This document shows, in pieces, positions 50,609-60,401 of a stretch of 64,000 bases of DNA. A program made the translations under genes and the position numbers. Under the pieces are notes generated by a model. It was not told the origin of the DNA. It worked only from the letters and a program-made list of their open reading frames with translations, and did no database searches. This stretch comes from an uncultured delta proteobacterium (GTDB taxonomy: Bacteria; Desulfobacterota; Binatia; UBA9968). How positions within the stretch are numbered: position 1 is the stretch's first letter; each line of letters starts with the position of its first letter. Where the stretch lies: positions 1 through 64,000 of the forward strand of contig CAWDPO010000024.1 in NCBI GenBank assembly GCA_963804165.1, written 5' to 3'.

Positions 50609-51355
50609 CTAAATCATAACGGTTCCGCAGTTGATATTATACGCTTGGCCGGTGATATACGCCGCCGCGTCGCTGGCGAGGAAAAGAATCGGGCCGGCGA
50701 TATCGTCGGGCTCGAGGACGCGGCCCAACGGTGTCGCCCGCAAACGCGCCATCGTTTCCTCTTCCGAGCGGTGGCGCCGCGGCATATCGGTATTGGCGGA
50801 GCCGGGGCAGATCGCGTTAACGGTGATACCGTCGGGACCGAGCTCCCGCGCCAACGCTTTAACGAAGCCGATGATTGCGGCTTTCGACGCAGCGTAGTCG
50901 GCGAACTCGCGGGCGCCGGTGTGGGCGATCGACGAGGCGATGCTGAGAATGCGACCGCTCTTTTGTCGGCGCATGGCCGGGACGAAGGCCCGCGCGCAGA
51001 GAAAATTGCCGCCCAAGTTAATATCGATTGTCCGATCCCAATCTTCCTCGCTCTTGTCGACGACCGGCGCTTTAAGATAGATGCCGGCATCGTTGACCAG
51101 GATATCGACACGACCGAAACGCTCCAGGGTCTGATCCGCAAGCCGTTTCACCGACGTCTCGCTGGCAACATTGACCTCGATTGCAATCGCGTCTGTTCCG
51201 AGGGCCTGCGCTTCATCCGCCACGCTCTTGGCTCTTTCGCCTTGCAAGTCTACGATGACAACTTTAGCCCCTTCGCGGCCCATGCCTAGTGCGATCGCCC
51301 GCCCGATGCCTTGAGCGCCGCCGGTAATCACCGCCACTTTGTTCCGCAAGCGCAT
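50609..51355 (-). CDS. Short-chain dehydrogenase/reductase (FabG-like)
   Basis: TGGAQGIG, YAASK, VNAICPG. Confidence 0.92.
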   Translation of the reverse strand: MRLRNKVAVITGGAQGIGRAIALGMGREGAKVVIVDLQGERAKSVADEAQALGTDAIAIEVNVASETSVKRLADQTLERFGRVDILVNDAGIYLKAPVVDKSEEDWDRTIDINLGGNFLCARAFVPAMRRQKSGRILSIASSIAHTGAREFADYAASKAAIIGFVKALARELGPDGITVNAICPGSANTDMPRRHRSEEETMARLRATPLGRVLEPDDIAGPILFLASDAAAYITGQAYNINCGTVMI

Positions 51356-51357
51356 GG

Positions 51358-52095
51358 CTATAGCAGCCCTCCGTTGCAGTGGAACAATTGCCCCGTGATC
51401 GCGTCGCTTTCAGGAGTCGTGAGAAAATAATAAAGCTCCGCAAGGTCTTCCGGCTGGCCCGTTCGTCCGAGCGGGATCGACGAATGCCAGCGTTGCCGGC
51501 GCGCTTCGGGAGTTTCTTTTTCCATCACTCGCGGTGTGTCCGTCGGGCCGGGGGCGACGGTGTTGACGCGAATCCCGTCCGGCGCCAGTTCCAGAGCCAA
51601 ACTCTTGGTAAACGCAATGATGCCGGCTTTGGCGGCAGAATAAGGCGCGCGCAGCGCCGAACCGGTCACTCCGTAGTTGGACGCGGTGTTGAGAATCCGG
51701 CCGCTCTTATGTTTCTGCATGATCGGCGCCACTTCACGGCACATGAGGAACGTCCCCTTCAAGTTGGTGTCGATGACTTTCTTCCATTCGGCCCAGGTGA
51801 AATCTTCGATGCGCTTCGTATAGAAACTGCCGCCGGCGATGTTCGCCAACACGTCGATGCGGCCAAAGCGCTGCGCGACAGCGCTGACGACGGCTTTGAC
51901 TTCGCGCGCGACCGTGACATCGACCGACAACGCGTCAGCATTACCGCCCGCGTCTACGATCTCCGCGCGCACCTGCTCCGCGGCCGCGTGATCGAAATCC
52001 GCCACGATCACGGTCATCCCGGCGGCGGCCATGCGATGCGCGACGGCTCGGCCGATGCCGTTGCCTCCGCCAGTGATCAATGCGACTTGATTCAC
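51358..52095 (-). CDS. Short-chain dehydrogenase/reductase (FabG-like)
   Basis: TGGGNGIG, YSAAK, VNTVAPG. Confidence 0.92.
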   Translation of the reverse strand: MNQVALITGGGNGIGRAVAHRMAAAGMTVIVADFDHAAAEQVRAEIVDAGGNADALSVDVTVAREVKAVVSAVAQRFGRIDVLANIAGGSFYTKRIEDFTWAEWKKVIDTNLKGTFLMCREVAPIMQKHKSGRILNTASNYGVTGSALRAPYSAAKAGIIAFTKSLALELAPDGIRVNTVAPGPTDTPRVMEKETPEARRQRWHSSIPLGRTGQPEDLAELYYFLTTPESDAITGQLFHCNGGLL

Positions 52096-53885
52096 CGTTC
52101 GTTAACCTCCACGAGCGACGAATAAATCCCGTCGATTACTGTTTGATACCGCAGCGCGACGGCTTTGCGGTCGACTTTGACCTTTTGAAAAACATTGATG
52201 CTCCGCACCTCGGCGGGAAAATCGTCCCTGACGATGGCAAATTCACGGATTCTTTCGTAGTGCTCCAGGCGCTCATTAACGCGCGCGAGCTGCGACGCCA
52301 ACGCCGCGCGCATTTCGATATCCGTCAAGGCGGCATCCGCGCATCCGAGAAATTCCGCGATCCGGCGTCGCTCGGGAACGACGAGGGCCGCGATAAACGG
52401 CCGGTGGTCGCCAAGCAAAACCGCTTGGCGGATAAATGGCTCATTCTCCAACTGCAGCTCGATGAAAGCCGGGTAGATATTGGATCCTTCCGCGCAATAA
52501 AAAACATCCTTTTTTCGGCCGATGATTCTCAGCGAGCCGTCGGGATCGAGCGCGCCGAGGTCGCCCGTGTAGAACCAGCCGTCCGCATCAAACACTTCAC
52601 GCGTCGCCTCGGGATCGTGAAAATAACCCGGCGAAACCGTGGGCCCGCGCACGAGGATCTCCGCATCGCCGGCGATACGGACTTCGACGTTGGGAAAAGG
52701 CTTGCCCAAATTGCCCGGCCGATTCTCGCCGATACCGCAAAGAGTGACGCCGCCGCACTCGGTTGAACCATAGGAACCGAGCAACGGGATGCCGATCAAT
52801 TCGAAGAATCGCATGATCCGCGGCGGCATCGCCGCACCGCTGTAAGTGATATATTTGATGCGCCCGCCGAGCGCTGTGCACGCGGCGTCCTTGAGACCGA
52901 TTCTTAGCTCTTCAAATTTCATGCGATCGGAGGCACTAAGCCCATCCTTGGTTTTTTTCTGATCAAGCGCCTCGAGCACTTCCCAGCGTTGTCGATGACC
53001 CTCCTGGTCGAGAATGCCTTTCCATATTCGCTCCATGACTCGCGGCACTACCGCCATCACCGTTCCCGCCAAAGACTCGATCACGCCGAGATCCAGGCCC
53101 AATTCCGTCGCTTCGACGATCGCGGTGGTCCTGCCGGTAACGGCGCTCTTCAAAAGGCCGAATCGCCCAAGCAAGTGGTTGAGGCTCAGGACAATCACAA
53201 GCAATTCATCCGGTCTGCTGACTGTAATCTCGCGGCCGTTCGTAATGTTGGACAAGAGATTGTCTTGTGTGCGCATAACCCCTTTCGGCTCGCCCGTTGA
53301 GCCGGAGGTGTACATGATCGTCGCGAGATCGTGCGCATGCACGGATTCGAGAATTTCTTCCAGCCGTGCGGGGTTGATGCGCCGGCCTTTTTCCACCAAG
53401 TCATCAAAGGAAAACGTGTTTGGCAACGCTGTGCCGGTTCTCTGCATAATGAAAAGATGCGTCAACGCCGGAAGTTGTCCCTTCAGATTGAGTAACCTAC
53501 CGACGTCCGTTTCATCTTGAATAAAAGCTGCGCGACATTGGGAATGATCGAGCACCTTGAGAAGCATGCGCTCGGAGAAGGCGGGTGAAATCACCACATT
53601 TGGAAATCCGCCTGCCAAAGTCGCCAGATCGGCGCAAACCCTCTCGACGCTGGTTTCACCGATGATCGCTACGGCGTCTCCCGGAGTCAGACCGACGGCG
53701 TACAATGCCAGAAGAGTGTTTTGGACGAGCGCGCCGACATCGCGCCAGGTAATCTCTTCCATGCCGCTGTCTCTTTGAAATTTGATGCACGTGCGATCGG
53801 CAAACTCTTTAACCCTTCGGAAAAAAATTTGGCCGATATGGCGGCCCTGCGAAAAATCAACGAAAGGCGCGGTCCGAGAGCTCAT
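52092..53885 (-). CDS. AMP-dependent ligase, long-chain acyl-CoA synthetase type
   Basis: YTSGSTGEPKG, YGSTE, FYTGDLG, IIGRKKD. Confidence 0.9.
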   Translation of the reverse strand: MSSRTAPFVDFSQGRHIGQIFFRRVKEFADRTCIKFQRDSGMEEITWRDVGALVQNTLLALYAVGLTPGDAVAIIGETSVERVCADLATLAGGFPNVVISPAFSERMLLKVLDHSQCRAAFIQDETDVGRLLNLKGQLPALTHLFIMQRTGTALPNTFSFDDLVEKGRRINPARLEEILESVHAHDLATIMYTSGSTGEPKGVMRTQDNLLSNITNGREITVSRPDELLVIVLSLNHLLGRFGLLKSAVTGRTTAIVEATELGLDLGVIESLAGTVMAVVPRVMERIWKGILDQEGHRQRWEVLEALDQKKTKDGLSASDRMKFEELRIGLKDAACTALGGRIKYITYSGAAMPPRIMRFFELIGIPLLGSYGSTECGGVTLCGIGENRPGNLGKPFPNVEVRIAGDAEILVRGPTVSPGYFHDPEATREVFDADGWFYTGDLGALDPDGSLRIIGRKKDVFYCAEGSNIYPAFIELQLENEPFIRQAVLLGDHRPFIAALVVPERRRIAEFLGCADAALTDIEMRAALASQLARVNERLEHYERIREFAIVRDDFPAEVRSINVFQKVKVDRKAVALRYQTVIDGIYSSLVEVNER

Positions 53886-55264
53886 AGCTGCTCAAAGTGT
53901 GCAGGGTCATATTTCGCCCTGGCGGGGTCTTCGACTCGTTTGAGACCCTTGATTTCGTGACGATGCGCGTACGAATAGAGAACCGCTTCGGTCACGTCAT
54001 CCATGTGTCCGCGCAAGTACTTGCGCGCCGGGATGGCGAGTCGGAGCAGCTCTACGCCGCGGCGAGCCTGGCTTGGCGCCGCCGGCGGGCCCTTGGTCAA
54101 GCGAACGCCGGACATATGATAAACGAACGCCGCCAATGCTTCGGCGGGAAAGTGCTCCGGCGACAAATGCGGCAGAAATGCTTTGACGTCAATAAAAACC
54201 GCGTGACCGCCCGCCGGTCTCACCAACGGCACGCCGTCACTTAGCCGGTGCCAAAGATAGTTCACTTGTCCGACTCGGTTTGCCATGGTCGACTCGGACG
54301 CAAAAATTTCTTCCAGAGACGTGGCCAGGAGCTCCATGGCACCGCCGGGCAGTTGAACCCCGTCGATAAACGCCTGCACGGAGGCTTTTTGGTAACTTGC
54401 CCTATCGCGCGTCATTATGAATCCGCCTGACGATACCAACAGATCTTTGAGCGCGCTCATGGTGCATGCATCCGCCAGCGCGCAGGTTTCTCGGACGATC
54501 TCACGCAACGTGCGGTCGTGATAACCCTGTTCTCGCTCTTTGACCAGGAAACTGTTCTCGAGGATGCGGCAGGCATCGAGAAAAAGTGGAATCTTGTGCG
54601 CCGTGGCCAGGGTTCTGAGTGCTTTGAGATTGGCGAGAGACACCGGATGGCCGCCACAGGCATTGACACAGAGCTCGACGTAGATGCAGCTAAACGTTTC
54701 AGCGCCGTGTCGCTCGATTGCCGCGGCCAACATTTCGACATCCACGTTGCCCTTAAACGGATTGCTTGACACCAGATCGTGGGCGGACTCGGTAATCACG
54801 TCGATGATTTTAGCGCCGTTCGTCTCGATATGGTTGCGCGTTGAGGGAAAGAGCATGTTACCGGCAACCACGGTGTTGGGCTTGATGTTGATCTTCGTCC
54901 AAATCCGCTCCGCGGACCGGCCTTGCGTGGTCGCGACGACGAAAGGAAAACCAAAGGACTGTCGAATTTGCTCGGAGAGGAGCGCGTAAGAGCGGCTTCC
55001 CTCAGCGGCCAGCCCCATGCCCGGCTCCGCAAACTTCGAGCCGGCCAAGGCGGATAACTGGCTCGTGCTCAGTGAGCTGACACCGCTGTCCGTGCAAAGA
55101 TCGATGTAGATCAGGTCCTGGGGAAGGAGTTCTGTGTTGTAATGCGCCGCACGCAGCGTCTCGTCGCGCTCGTCCAGGGTCGTTTGACGCAGCGGTCGCA
55201 CGACGGCGATTTCGTACGGCACTGAAAAAATTGTCCCTAACGAGCCCGCTTTCATGCCGCCCAT
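53882..55264 (-). CDS. PLP-dependent beta-eliminating lyase, divergent tryptophanase/tyrosine phenol-lyase homologue
   Basis: IDLCTDSG, QGRSAE, FKGNVD, GGHPVS, DACRILEN, TMSALKD, GGHAVFID, RLAIP. Confidence 0.88.
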   Translation of the reverse strand: MGGMKAGSLGTIFSVPYEIAVVRPLRQTTLDERDETLRAAHYNTELLPQDLIYIDLCTDSGVSSLSTSQLSALAGSKFAEPGMGLAAEGSRSYALLSEQIRQSFGFPFVVATTQGRSAERIWTKINIKPNTVVAGNMLFPSTRNHIETNGAKIIDVITESAHDLVSSNPFKGNVDVEMLAAAIERHGAETFSCIYVELCVNACGGHPVSLANLKALRTLATAHKIPLFLDACRILENSFLVKEREQGYHDRTLREIVRETCALADACTMSALKDLLVSSGGFIMTRDRASYQKASVQAFIDGVQLPGGAMELLATSLEEIFASESTMANRVGQVNYLWHRLSDGVPLVRPAGGHAVFIDVKAFLPHLSPEHFPAEALAAFVYHMSGVRLTKGPPAAPSQARRGVELLRLAIPARKYLRGHMDDVTEAVLYSYAHRHEIKGLKRVEDPARAKYDPAHFEQL

Positions 55265-55328
55265 TCACCTAAATCCATCGGACTCTGGATAGCACGAAAC
55301 TATCGGATTGAAAATCAGAAGTCGATTT

Positions 55329-56138
55329 TCACGGGTTTCTCTGCGCTCCGGGTGAACGGTTTGGCCGCTGCCGCGCGGCAAGCATCGACCACGCCCGGTG
55401 TACCATTTTGCGCTCGGTTGCGAATTTGAGCTGCTTGACGGCCTGTTCGATTGGAAACCAGCGCACGTCATCCGCCTCATGATCGTGATCGCGCACGTCG
55501 CCCCTGAGGTAGCGCAACAAATAGAAATGAACCCGCTTATAGATGCGCACCGGCTCGTGTCCTTCTTTCTCGCGGTAGGAATAACCGATGTCGCCCAGTT
55601 TCCTTATGACCTTTCCTTCGAGACCGGTTTCCTCACGCACTTCGCGCAGCGCCGCTTGCTCCACGCTCTCCCGCTCTTCGACATGTCCTTTCGGCAGTCC
55701 CCAGCGATTGCGCGTGTGGATCAGGGCGACTTCAAGATCATCGCCGATTTTTTTGTAGATCACACCGCCTGCCGAGATTTCTTTGATCGTTCGAATGCCA
55801 TCTTCTTTCAGCGGCGCGCTCGCCGGCGCCTGCTCCTGAAGCCATTGGAGATATCCTGCGCTGCCGGCGATGAGCGGCACCGCGACGATCTCCGGCACCG
55901 AATAGCTGTGCAGCTCGCGCACCTTTTTTTCCAGCGCAGGAAACAGCTCCCTGCGGGTCTTAATGATGAGCAGTTCTTCTTCGCTCTGTTCGACTTGGCC
56001 TTGCCAGCGATAGGTCGACTGAATCGATTTGATCCGATTCACGCACGCCGCAAGTCTTTCACCGACCAGCGTTTGGGCCAGTTGCTCGGCCTCTTTCGCG
56101 GATCCCGCAGTCACGTAAACAATGATAAATTCGAGCAT
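55329..56138 (-). CDS. CutA - NUDIX hydrolase fusion
   Basis: N-terminal CutA ([21 protein letters not shown]); C-terminal Nudix box [24 protein letters not shown]. Confidence 0.8.
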   Translation of the reverse strand: MLEFIIVYVTAGSAKEAEQLAQTLVGERLAACVNRIKSIQSTYRWQGQVEQSEEELLIIKTRRELFPALEKKVRELHSYSVPEIVAVPLIAGSAGYLQWLQEQAPASAPLKEDGIRTIKEISAGGVIYKKIGDDLEVALIHTRNRWGLPKGHVEERESVEQAALREVREETGLEGKVIRKLGDIGYSYREKEGHEPVRIYKRVHFYLLRYLRGDVRDHDHEADDVRWFPIEQAVKQLKFATERKMVHRAWSMLAARQRPNRSPGAQRNP

Positions 56139-56283
56139 CGTCGTTAATCTTACAACTCACTTTTATGGACAGTCAATCAACCCGGCGAAAAGAGCGAAAC
56201 GAACCCATCAAGGCTTCGAGGATCGAAGCAAGACAAGCCCGTGGTGTTGCCTCCTGCCTGTCGGCTAATCTAATTTGACCTTG

Positions 56284-57000
56284 ATGCGAACCAAAAACGA
56301 AATCCGCGAACAGATTTGGAAGTTGTTACAAAAGAGTAAAGTCGCCCGCTTCCCCGGAGCTGAAGGACGCATACCGAACTTCATCGGCGCCGAGGCGTGC
56401 GCCAAGCACGTTTCTGAAACTCTGCATTGGAAAACAGCAAGGGTTCTAAAGGCCAACCCCGACTCACCGCAACGCGCCATCAGACACAAAGCGCTGGCCG
56501 AAGGCAAGATCGTTTATATGGCCGTGCCGCGGCTCCGCAGCGACAAGCCTTTCATCGAGCTCGACCCGAAGAAGCTAAAATGTTCGCCCTTCGTGGCGTC
56601 CTCGATCAAAGGCGCGACGCAATACGGCCGGCCGGTGAGGTTGGCTGAAGTGAGAAAAATCGATTTGGTTGTTTGTGGTTCGGTCGCGGTGAATCGCCAC
56701 GGCGCCCGGGTCGGTAAAGGCGGCGGTTACTCGGATCTGGAATTCGCGTTGCTCACCGAGGAAGGTAAAATCGGACCCAAGACACCGATCGTCACGTCGG
56801 TTCATCCGCTGCAAATCGTCGACGAAAAGATTCCGATGACCGAACATGATATCCCGCTCAGCGCGATCGCGACGCCGACGGAGACCATTGATTTGCAACC
56901 GCCATTTGCACGTCCCCAAGGTATTTACTGGCACTTGTTACCACAGGAAAAAATCGACGACATACCCGTCCTGGCACGGCGCGCGAAGTATCGTCCGTGA
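56284..57000 (+). CDS. 5-formyltetrahydrofolate cyclo-ligase (MTHFSD/archaeal-like type)
   Basis: GRIPNFIGA, KANPDSPQ, GSVAV, RVGKGGGYSDLE, HDIP. Confidence 0.88.
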   Translation: MRTKNEIREQIWKLLQKSKVARFPGAEGRIPNFIGAEACAKHVSETLHWKTARVLKANPDSPQRAIRHKALAEGKIVYMAVPRLRSDKPFIELDPKKLKCSPFVASSIKGATQYGRPVRLAEVRKIDLVVCGSVAVNRHGARVGKGGGYSDLEFALLTEEGKIGPKTPIVTSVHPLQIVDEKIPMTEHDIPLSAIATPTETIDLQPPFARPQGIYWHLLPQEKIDDIPVLARRAKYRP

Positions 57001-57074
57001 GTTTCGTCGCTCGGATCGCCATATTGAAGGCCCCCGGTATCTATGTTAGCTAAACAAGTTCGAGGAAAGCGCCA

Positions 57075-57467
57075 ATGACAGAGGTAAATATCGACTTCGC
57101 GAAGGGCAACGGTCTGGTTCCGGTGATCGTACAGGATTACCAATCGCGTGAAGTCTTGATGGTCGCATATATGAACGAAGAAGCCTGGGAAAAAACCAAG
57201 GAAACCGGCAAAGCTCATTACTACAGCCGGTCGCGCAAGGGTCCTTGGTTCAAAGGCGAAGAATCGGGGAATTTTCAGGAAGTCAAAGATGCCTACATCG
57301 ATTGCGATAACGACACCATCTTGCTGCAGGTCAATCAGATCGGCGGCGCCGCCTGTCACGAAGGTTATCGCAGTTGTTTCTTCCGCAAGCGTGCCGGCGG
57401 CGACTGGAATGTCATAGCCGAGCGCGTGTTTGATCCCAAAGAGGTCTACAAAAAATCGTCGCGATGA
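57075..57467 (+). CDS. hisI: Phosphoribosyl-AMP cyclohydrolase
   Basis: [35 protein letters not shown]. Confidence 0.95.
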   Translation: MTEVNIDFAKGNGLVPVIVQDYQSREVLMVAYMNEEAWEKTKETGKAHYYSRSRKGPWFKGEESGNFQEVKDAYIDCDNDTILLQVNQIGGAACHEGYRSCFFRKRAGGDWNVIAERVFDPKEVYKKSSR

Positions 57468-57470
57468 CGA

Positions 57471-57498
57471 TTCAACGTTCAAGGTTCAAAGGTTCAAC
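57471..57498 (+). repeat. GTTCAA mini-repeat between hisI and hisG
   Basis: TTCAACGTTCAAGGTTCAAAGGTTCAAC. Confidence 0.7.
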
Positions 57499-57503
57499 GT
57501 CAA

Positions 57504-58400
57504 ATGCCATCCCAAGAATTGAAGTTGGGAATCCCGAAGGGGAGCCTCGAGGAAATGACCATCGAGCTCTTCAAGAAATCGGGATGGAAGATTTCGACCA
57601 CGAGCCGCAGCTACTTTCCTTCGATCGACGATGAAACGATTCGGTGCAGCTTGGCGCGTCCGCAGGAAATGTCGCGCTATGTGGAAATGGGCACGTTGGA
57701 CGTCGCGATCACCGGCAAAGATTGGACCCTGGAAAATGCTTCAGACGTCCAGGTGGTCTGCGAAATGGTCTATTCAAAAACGAGTTTTCGGCCGACGCGT
57801 TGGGTATTGGCGGTGCCGCAGGACTCACCGATCAAAAAAATCGACGATCTCAAAGGCAAGCGAATTTCCTCGGAGATGGTCAATTTCACAAAGCGCTACT
57901 TTGCCGAGCGCAATATCCCTGTCACCGTCGAATTTTCCTGGGGCGCCACCGAGGCCAAAGCCGCCGAAGGGTTGGTCGATGCCATTGTCGAGGTCACTGA
58001 AACCGGCAGCACGATTCGGGCCCACGGCCTGAAGATTATTCATGAGCTGATGGAATCTTGCCCGCAACTGATTGCCAACCAGCAGGCTTGGCAGGATCCC
58101 TGGAAAAGAGAGAAGATCGAGCAGATCAAACTATTGTTGCTAGGAGCGCTTTCCGCCGAGAACAAGGTCGGCATCAAACTCAACGTTGCGGAAGGTAACC
58201 TCGAGAAGATCGTCGAGCTGATTCCGAGCATCACGGCGCCCACTGTCGCCACTCTTCACCCGTCGCCCAATCTCAAGGGAGTGAAATGGTATTCCGTCGA
58301 AAGCGTGCTCGAGGAAGCGAAAGTAAGGGATCTGATTCCCAAGCTGATCCAGAGCGGCGCGGTGGGAATTATCGAGTACCCGCTGAACAAAATCATATAA
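57504..58400 (+). CDS. hisG: ATP phosphoribosyltransferase, long form
   Basis: [38 protein letters not shown]. Confidence 0.95.
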   Translation: MPSQELKLGIPKGSLEEMTIELFKKSGWKISTTSRSYFPSIDDETIRCSLARPQEMSRYVEMGTLDVAITGKDWTLENASDVQVVCEMVYSKTSFRPTRWVLAVPQDSPIKKIDDLKGKRISSEMVNFTKRYFAERNIPVTVEFSWGATEAKAAEGLVDAIVEVTETGSTIRAHGLKIIHELMESCPQLIANQQAWQDPWKREKIEQIKLLLLGALSAENKVGIKLNVAEGNLEKIVELIPSITAPTVATLHPSPNLKGVKWYSVESVLEEAKVRDLIPKLIQSGAVGIIEYPLNKII

Positions 58401-58457
58401 CAACCCGGCAACCGGTAATAGGCAATAAAAGCTTCAGTTTATTCGGTTGCCAATAAC

Positions 58458-59831
58458 CTACGGCCCGTTGCCTGCTGCCTGTGGCCTATCCTGGTGCGCG
58501 TCCCGCCACAAAAAAAAGTCTTTGGCGATTTCCGGGAATAATGCGTAGGTCAGCACGTCTTCTTCGCTATGCGCCATGCCCGCGGCATCTTTACGCGCCT
58601 GGTCGAGGCCAGGTTCCAACAGGTCGGCCGGCCGACAGGTAATCGGCTCCTTCTTGCCGAGAACCTTCGTTCGCATTTCTTCGCTCACCGGTCCAGGCGG
58701 CTCGCCGTACAGGCCCATCACATAATTGCGCGTTTCCATGGCGACGACGGAATAGCGTTTGCCGGTCATGACGTTCAACGCGGCTTGCGACCCGACGATT
58801 TGGCTCGTCGGCGTGACCAGCGGTGGATAGCCCAGGTCTTTTCTCACCTGCGGCATCTCGGCCAGCACGGCTTCGAGTTTATCTTCGGCTTTCTGCTGGC
58901 GCAGCTGTGCGACCAGGTTGGAAAGCATCCCGCCGGGGATCTGCGAGGTCAACACGTCCGTCTTGATCTGATTATTGACCGGGCTTTCGAACTCGGAATA
59001 ATTGCGCCGCACTGCATAAAAATAATCGGCAATCTTGTTCAGCTTAGCGAGATCCAAGCCGGTGTCATACGGCGTGTCTTTGAGGGCCGCAACCAGCTGT
59101 TCGGTAGCCGGCTGCGAGGTCCCCTGGGAAAACGGCGCAATCGCGGTATCGAGGATATCGGCGCCGGCTTCAATCGCCATCATATAAGTCATCGGCGCCA
59201 AACCGGCGGTGCAGTGGGAATGGAGATGCAGCGGCAGCGGGATGCGCGATTTGATCTTCTTGATGATTTCGTAGGCGACATAGGGCGCCAGGAGTCCGCC
59301 CATGTCCTTCAGGCAAATGATTTGCACGCCCGTGTCCGCGAGCTTTTCCGCCACGCGTAGGAAGTAATCCGGGGAATGCACCGGGCTGATCGTATAACAA
59401 ACGGTTCCTTCCACGAGCTTGCCGGCCTTGAGCGCCGCCGCGATACCGGTCCTCATATTGCGGATATCGTTCATCGCGTCAAAGATTCGGAAAACGTCGA
59501 TGCCGTTCGCCGCCGCGTGCGCGACGAACTCCTGTACGATATCGTCGGGATAATTACGGTAACCGACCACGTTCTGTCCGCGTAAGAGCATTTGAAAACG
59601 GGTTTTCGGCATGGCCGCGCGCAGCTTGCGCAAACGCTCCCACGGAGACTCTTTCAGGAAGCGCAAAGTGGCGTCGAACGTGGCGCCGCCCCAGGTCTCG
59701 AGCGACCAGTAGCCGATCTCGTCCAGTTTTGCGGCGATCGGCAGCATGTCTTCAGTACGCATACGTGTGGCGACCAGACATTGATGCGCGTCGCGCAGCA
59801 CCGTTTCCATGACCTCTATTTTTTTTGCCAT
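58458..59831 (-). CDS. Pyruvate/oxaloacetate carboxyltransferase subunit (PycB/OadA-like), no biotinyl domain
   Basis: LRDAHQ, WGGATFD, QMLLRGQN, KDMGG, HLHSH, IPGGM.SNL, PPLVTPTSQIVG; ends without an EAMKM domain. Confidence 0.9.
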   Translation of the reverse strand: MAKKIEVMETVLRDAHQCLVATRMRTEDMLPIAAKLDEIGYWSLETWGGATFDATLRFLKESPWERLRKLRAAMPKTRFQMLLRGQNVVGYRNYPDDIVQEFVAHAAANGIDVFRIFDAMNDIRNMRTGIAAALKAGKLVEGTVCYTISPVHSPDYFLRVAEKLADTGVQIICLKDMGGLLAPYVAYEIIKKIKSRIPLPLHLHSHCTAGLAPMTYMMAIEAGADILDTAIAPFSQGTSQPATEQLVAALKDTPYDTGLDLAKLNKIADYFYAVRRNYSEFESPVNNQIKTDVLTSQIPGGMLSNLVAQLRQQKAEDKLEAVLAEMPQVRKDLGYPPLVTPTSQIVGSQAALNVMTGKRYSVVAMETRNYVMGLYGEPPGPVSEEMRTKVLGKKEPITCRPADLLEPGLDQARKDAAGMAHSEEDVLTYALFPEIAKDFFLWRDAHQDRPQAAGNGP

Positions 59832-59855
59832 GTTCGACTCGCTTCCAGGACGCGG

Positions 59856-60401
59856 TTACTCGTATATCTCGCTTTGTTTCTCTTCCAGGCGCGCTTTCTC
59901 CTCGGGTTCCACGACGTAGAGTCCGTTTATTTCTTTGATCTTCGTGATGTCGTAGAAGTACTCAGACATCGCCAGGCCATCGTCGAACTCGTACATCTTG
60001 ATGGCGTCCCAGGGGCAAATCTTTTTATCCAAGCGGTCTTCCGATTCCGTACCGATCAGCTGCAATTGAATGCGCTTGGGCACGGCGTCAGGGGGTATCG
60101 GTTTGCGATTGCTGTCGAAAAAACGGTTGTTGTATTCGAAGAAAATTTCACCCGTTTCCTTATGCTGCTGGATCTTCGTCAAGTCGTCGCTGTAACACAT
60201 CTGGCAGCCGATGCACTTATCATTGTCGACGAATACTCGATACGGCTTGAGCCCACCCTGCGGCAATTCTTCGTAGAGCAGGTTGATGCAACCGTCCACC
60301 GGACAATGCAATTCGCAGATCGGCGAGCCAGCGCAGCTCGAGCAATTCTCATTCATCACCGCCAGAAGCGCCGTTCCTTTGCGCTTTTTTGCTTCAGCCA
60401 T
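59856..60401 (-). CDS. 4Fe-4S dicluster-type protein with large insertion
   Basis: CSSCAGSPICELHCP and CIGCQMC...ICPWDAI. Confidence 0.7.
   Translation of the reverse strand: MAEAKKRKGTALLAVMNENCSSCAGSPICELHCPVDGCINLLYEELPQGGLKPYRVFVDNDKCIGCQMCYSDDLTKIQQHKETGEIFFEYNNRFFDSNRKPIPPDAVPKRIQLQLIGTESEDRLDKKICPWDAIKMYEFDDGLAMSEYFYDITKIKEINGLYVVEPEEKARLEEKQSEIYE

Noticed and set aside
53882-55264. Assigning the symbol tnaA or tpl
   Set aside because: Key catalytic and specificity residues appear substituted.
9831-57498. Short repeats as a CRISPR array
   Set aside because: Units are 7-8 nt with no unique spacers, and no cas genes are present.
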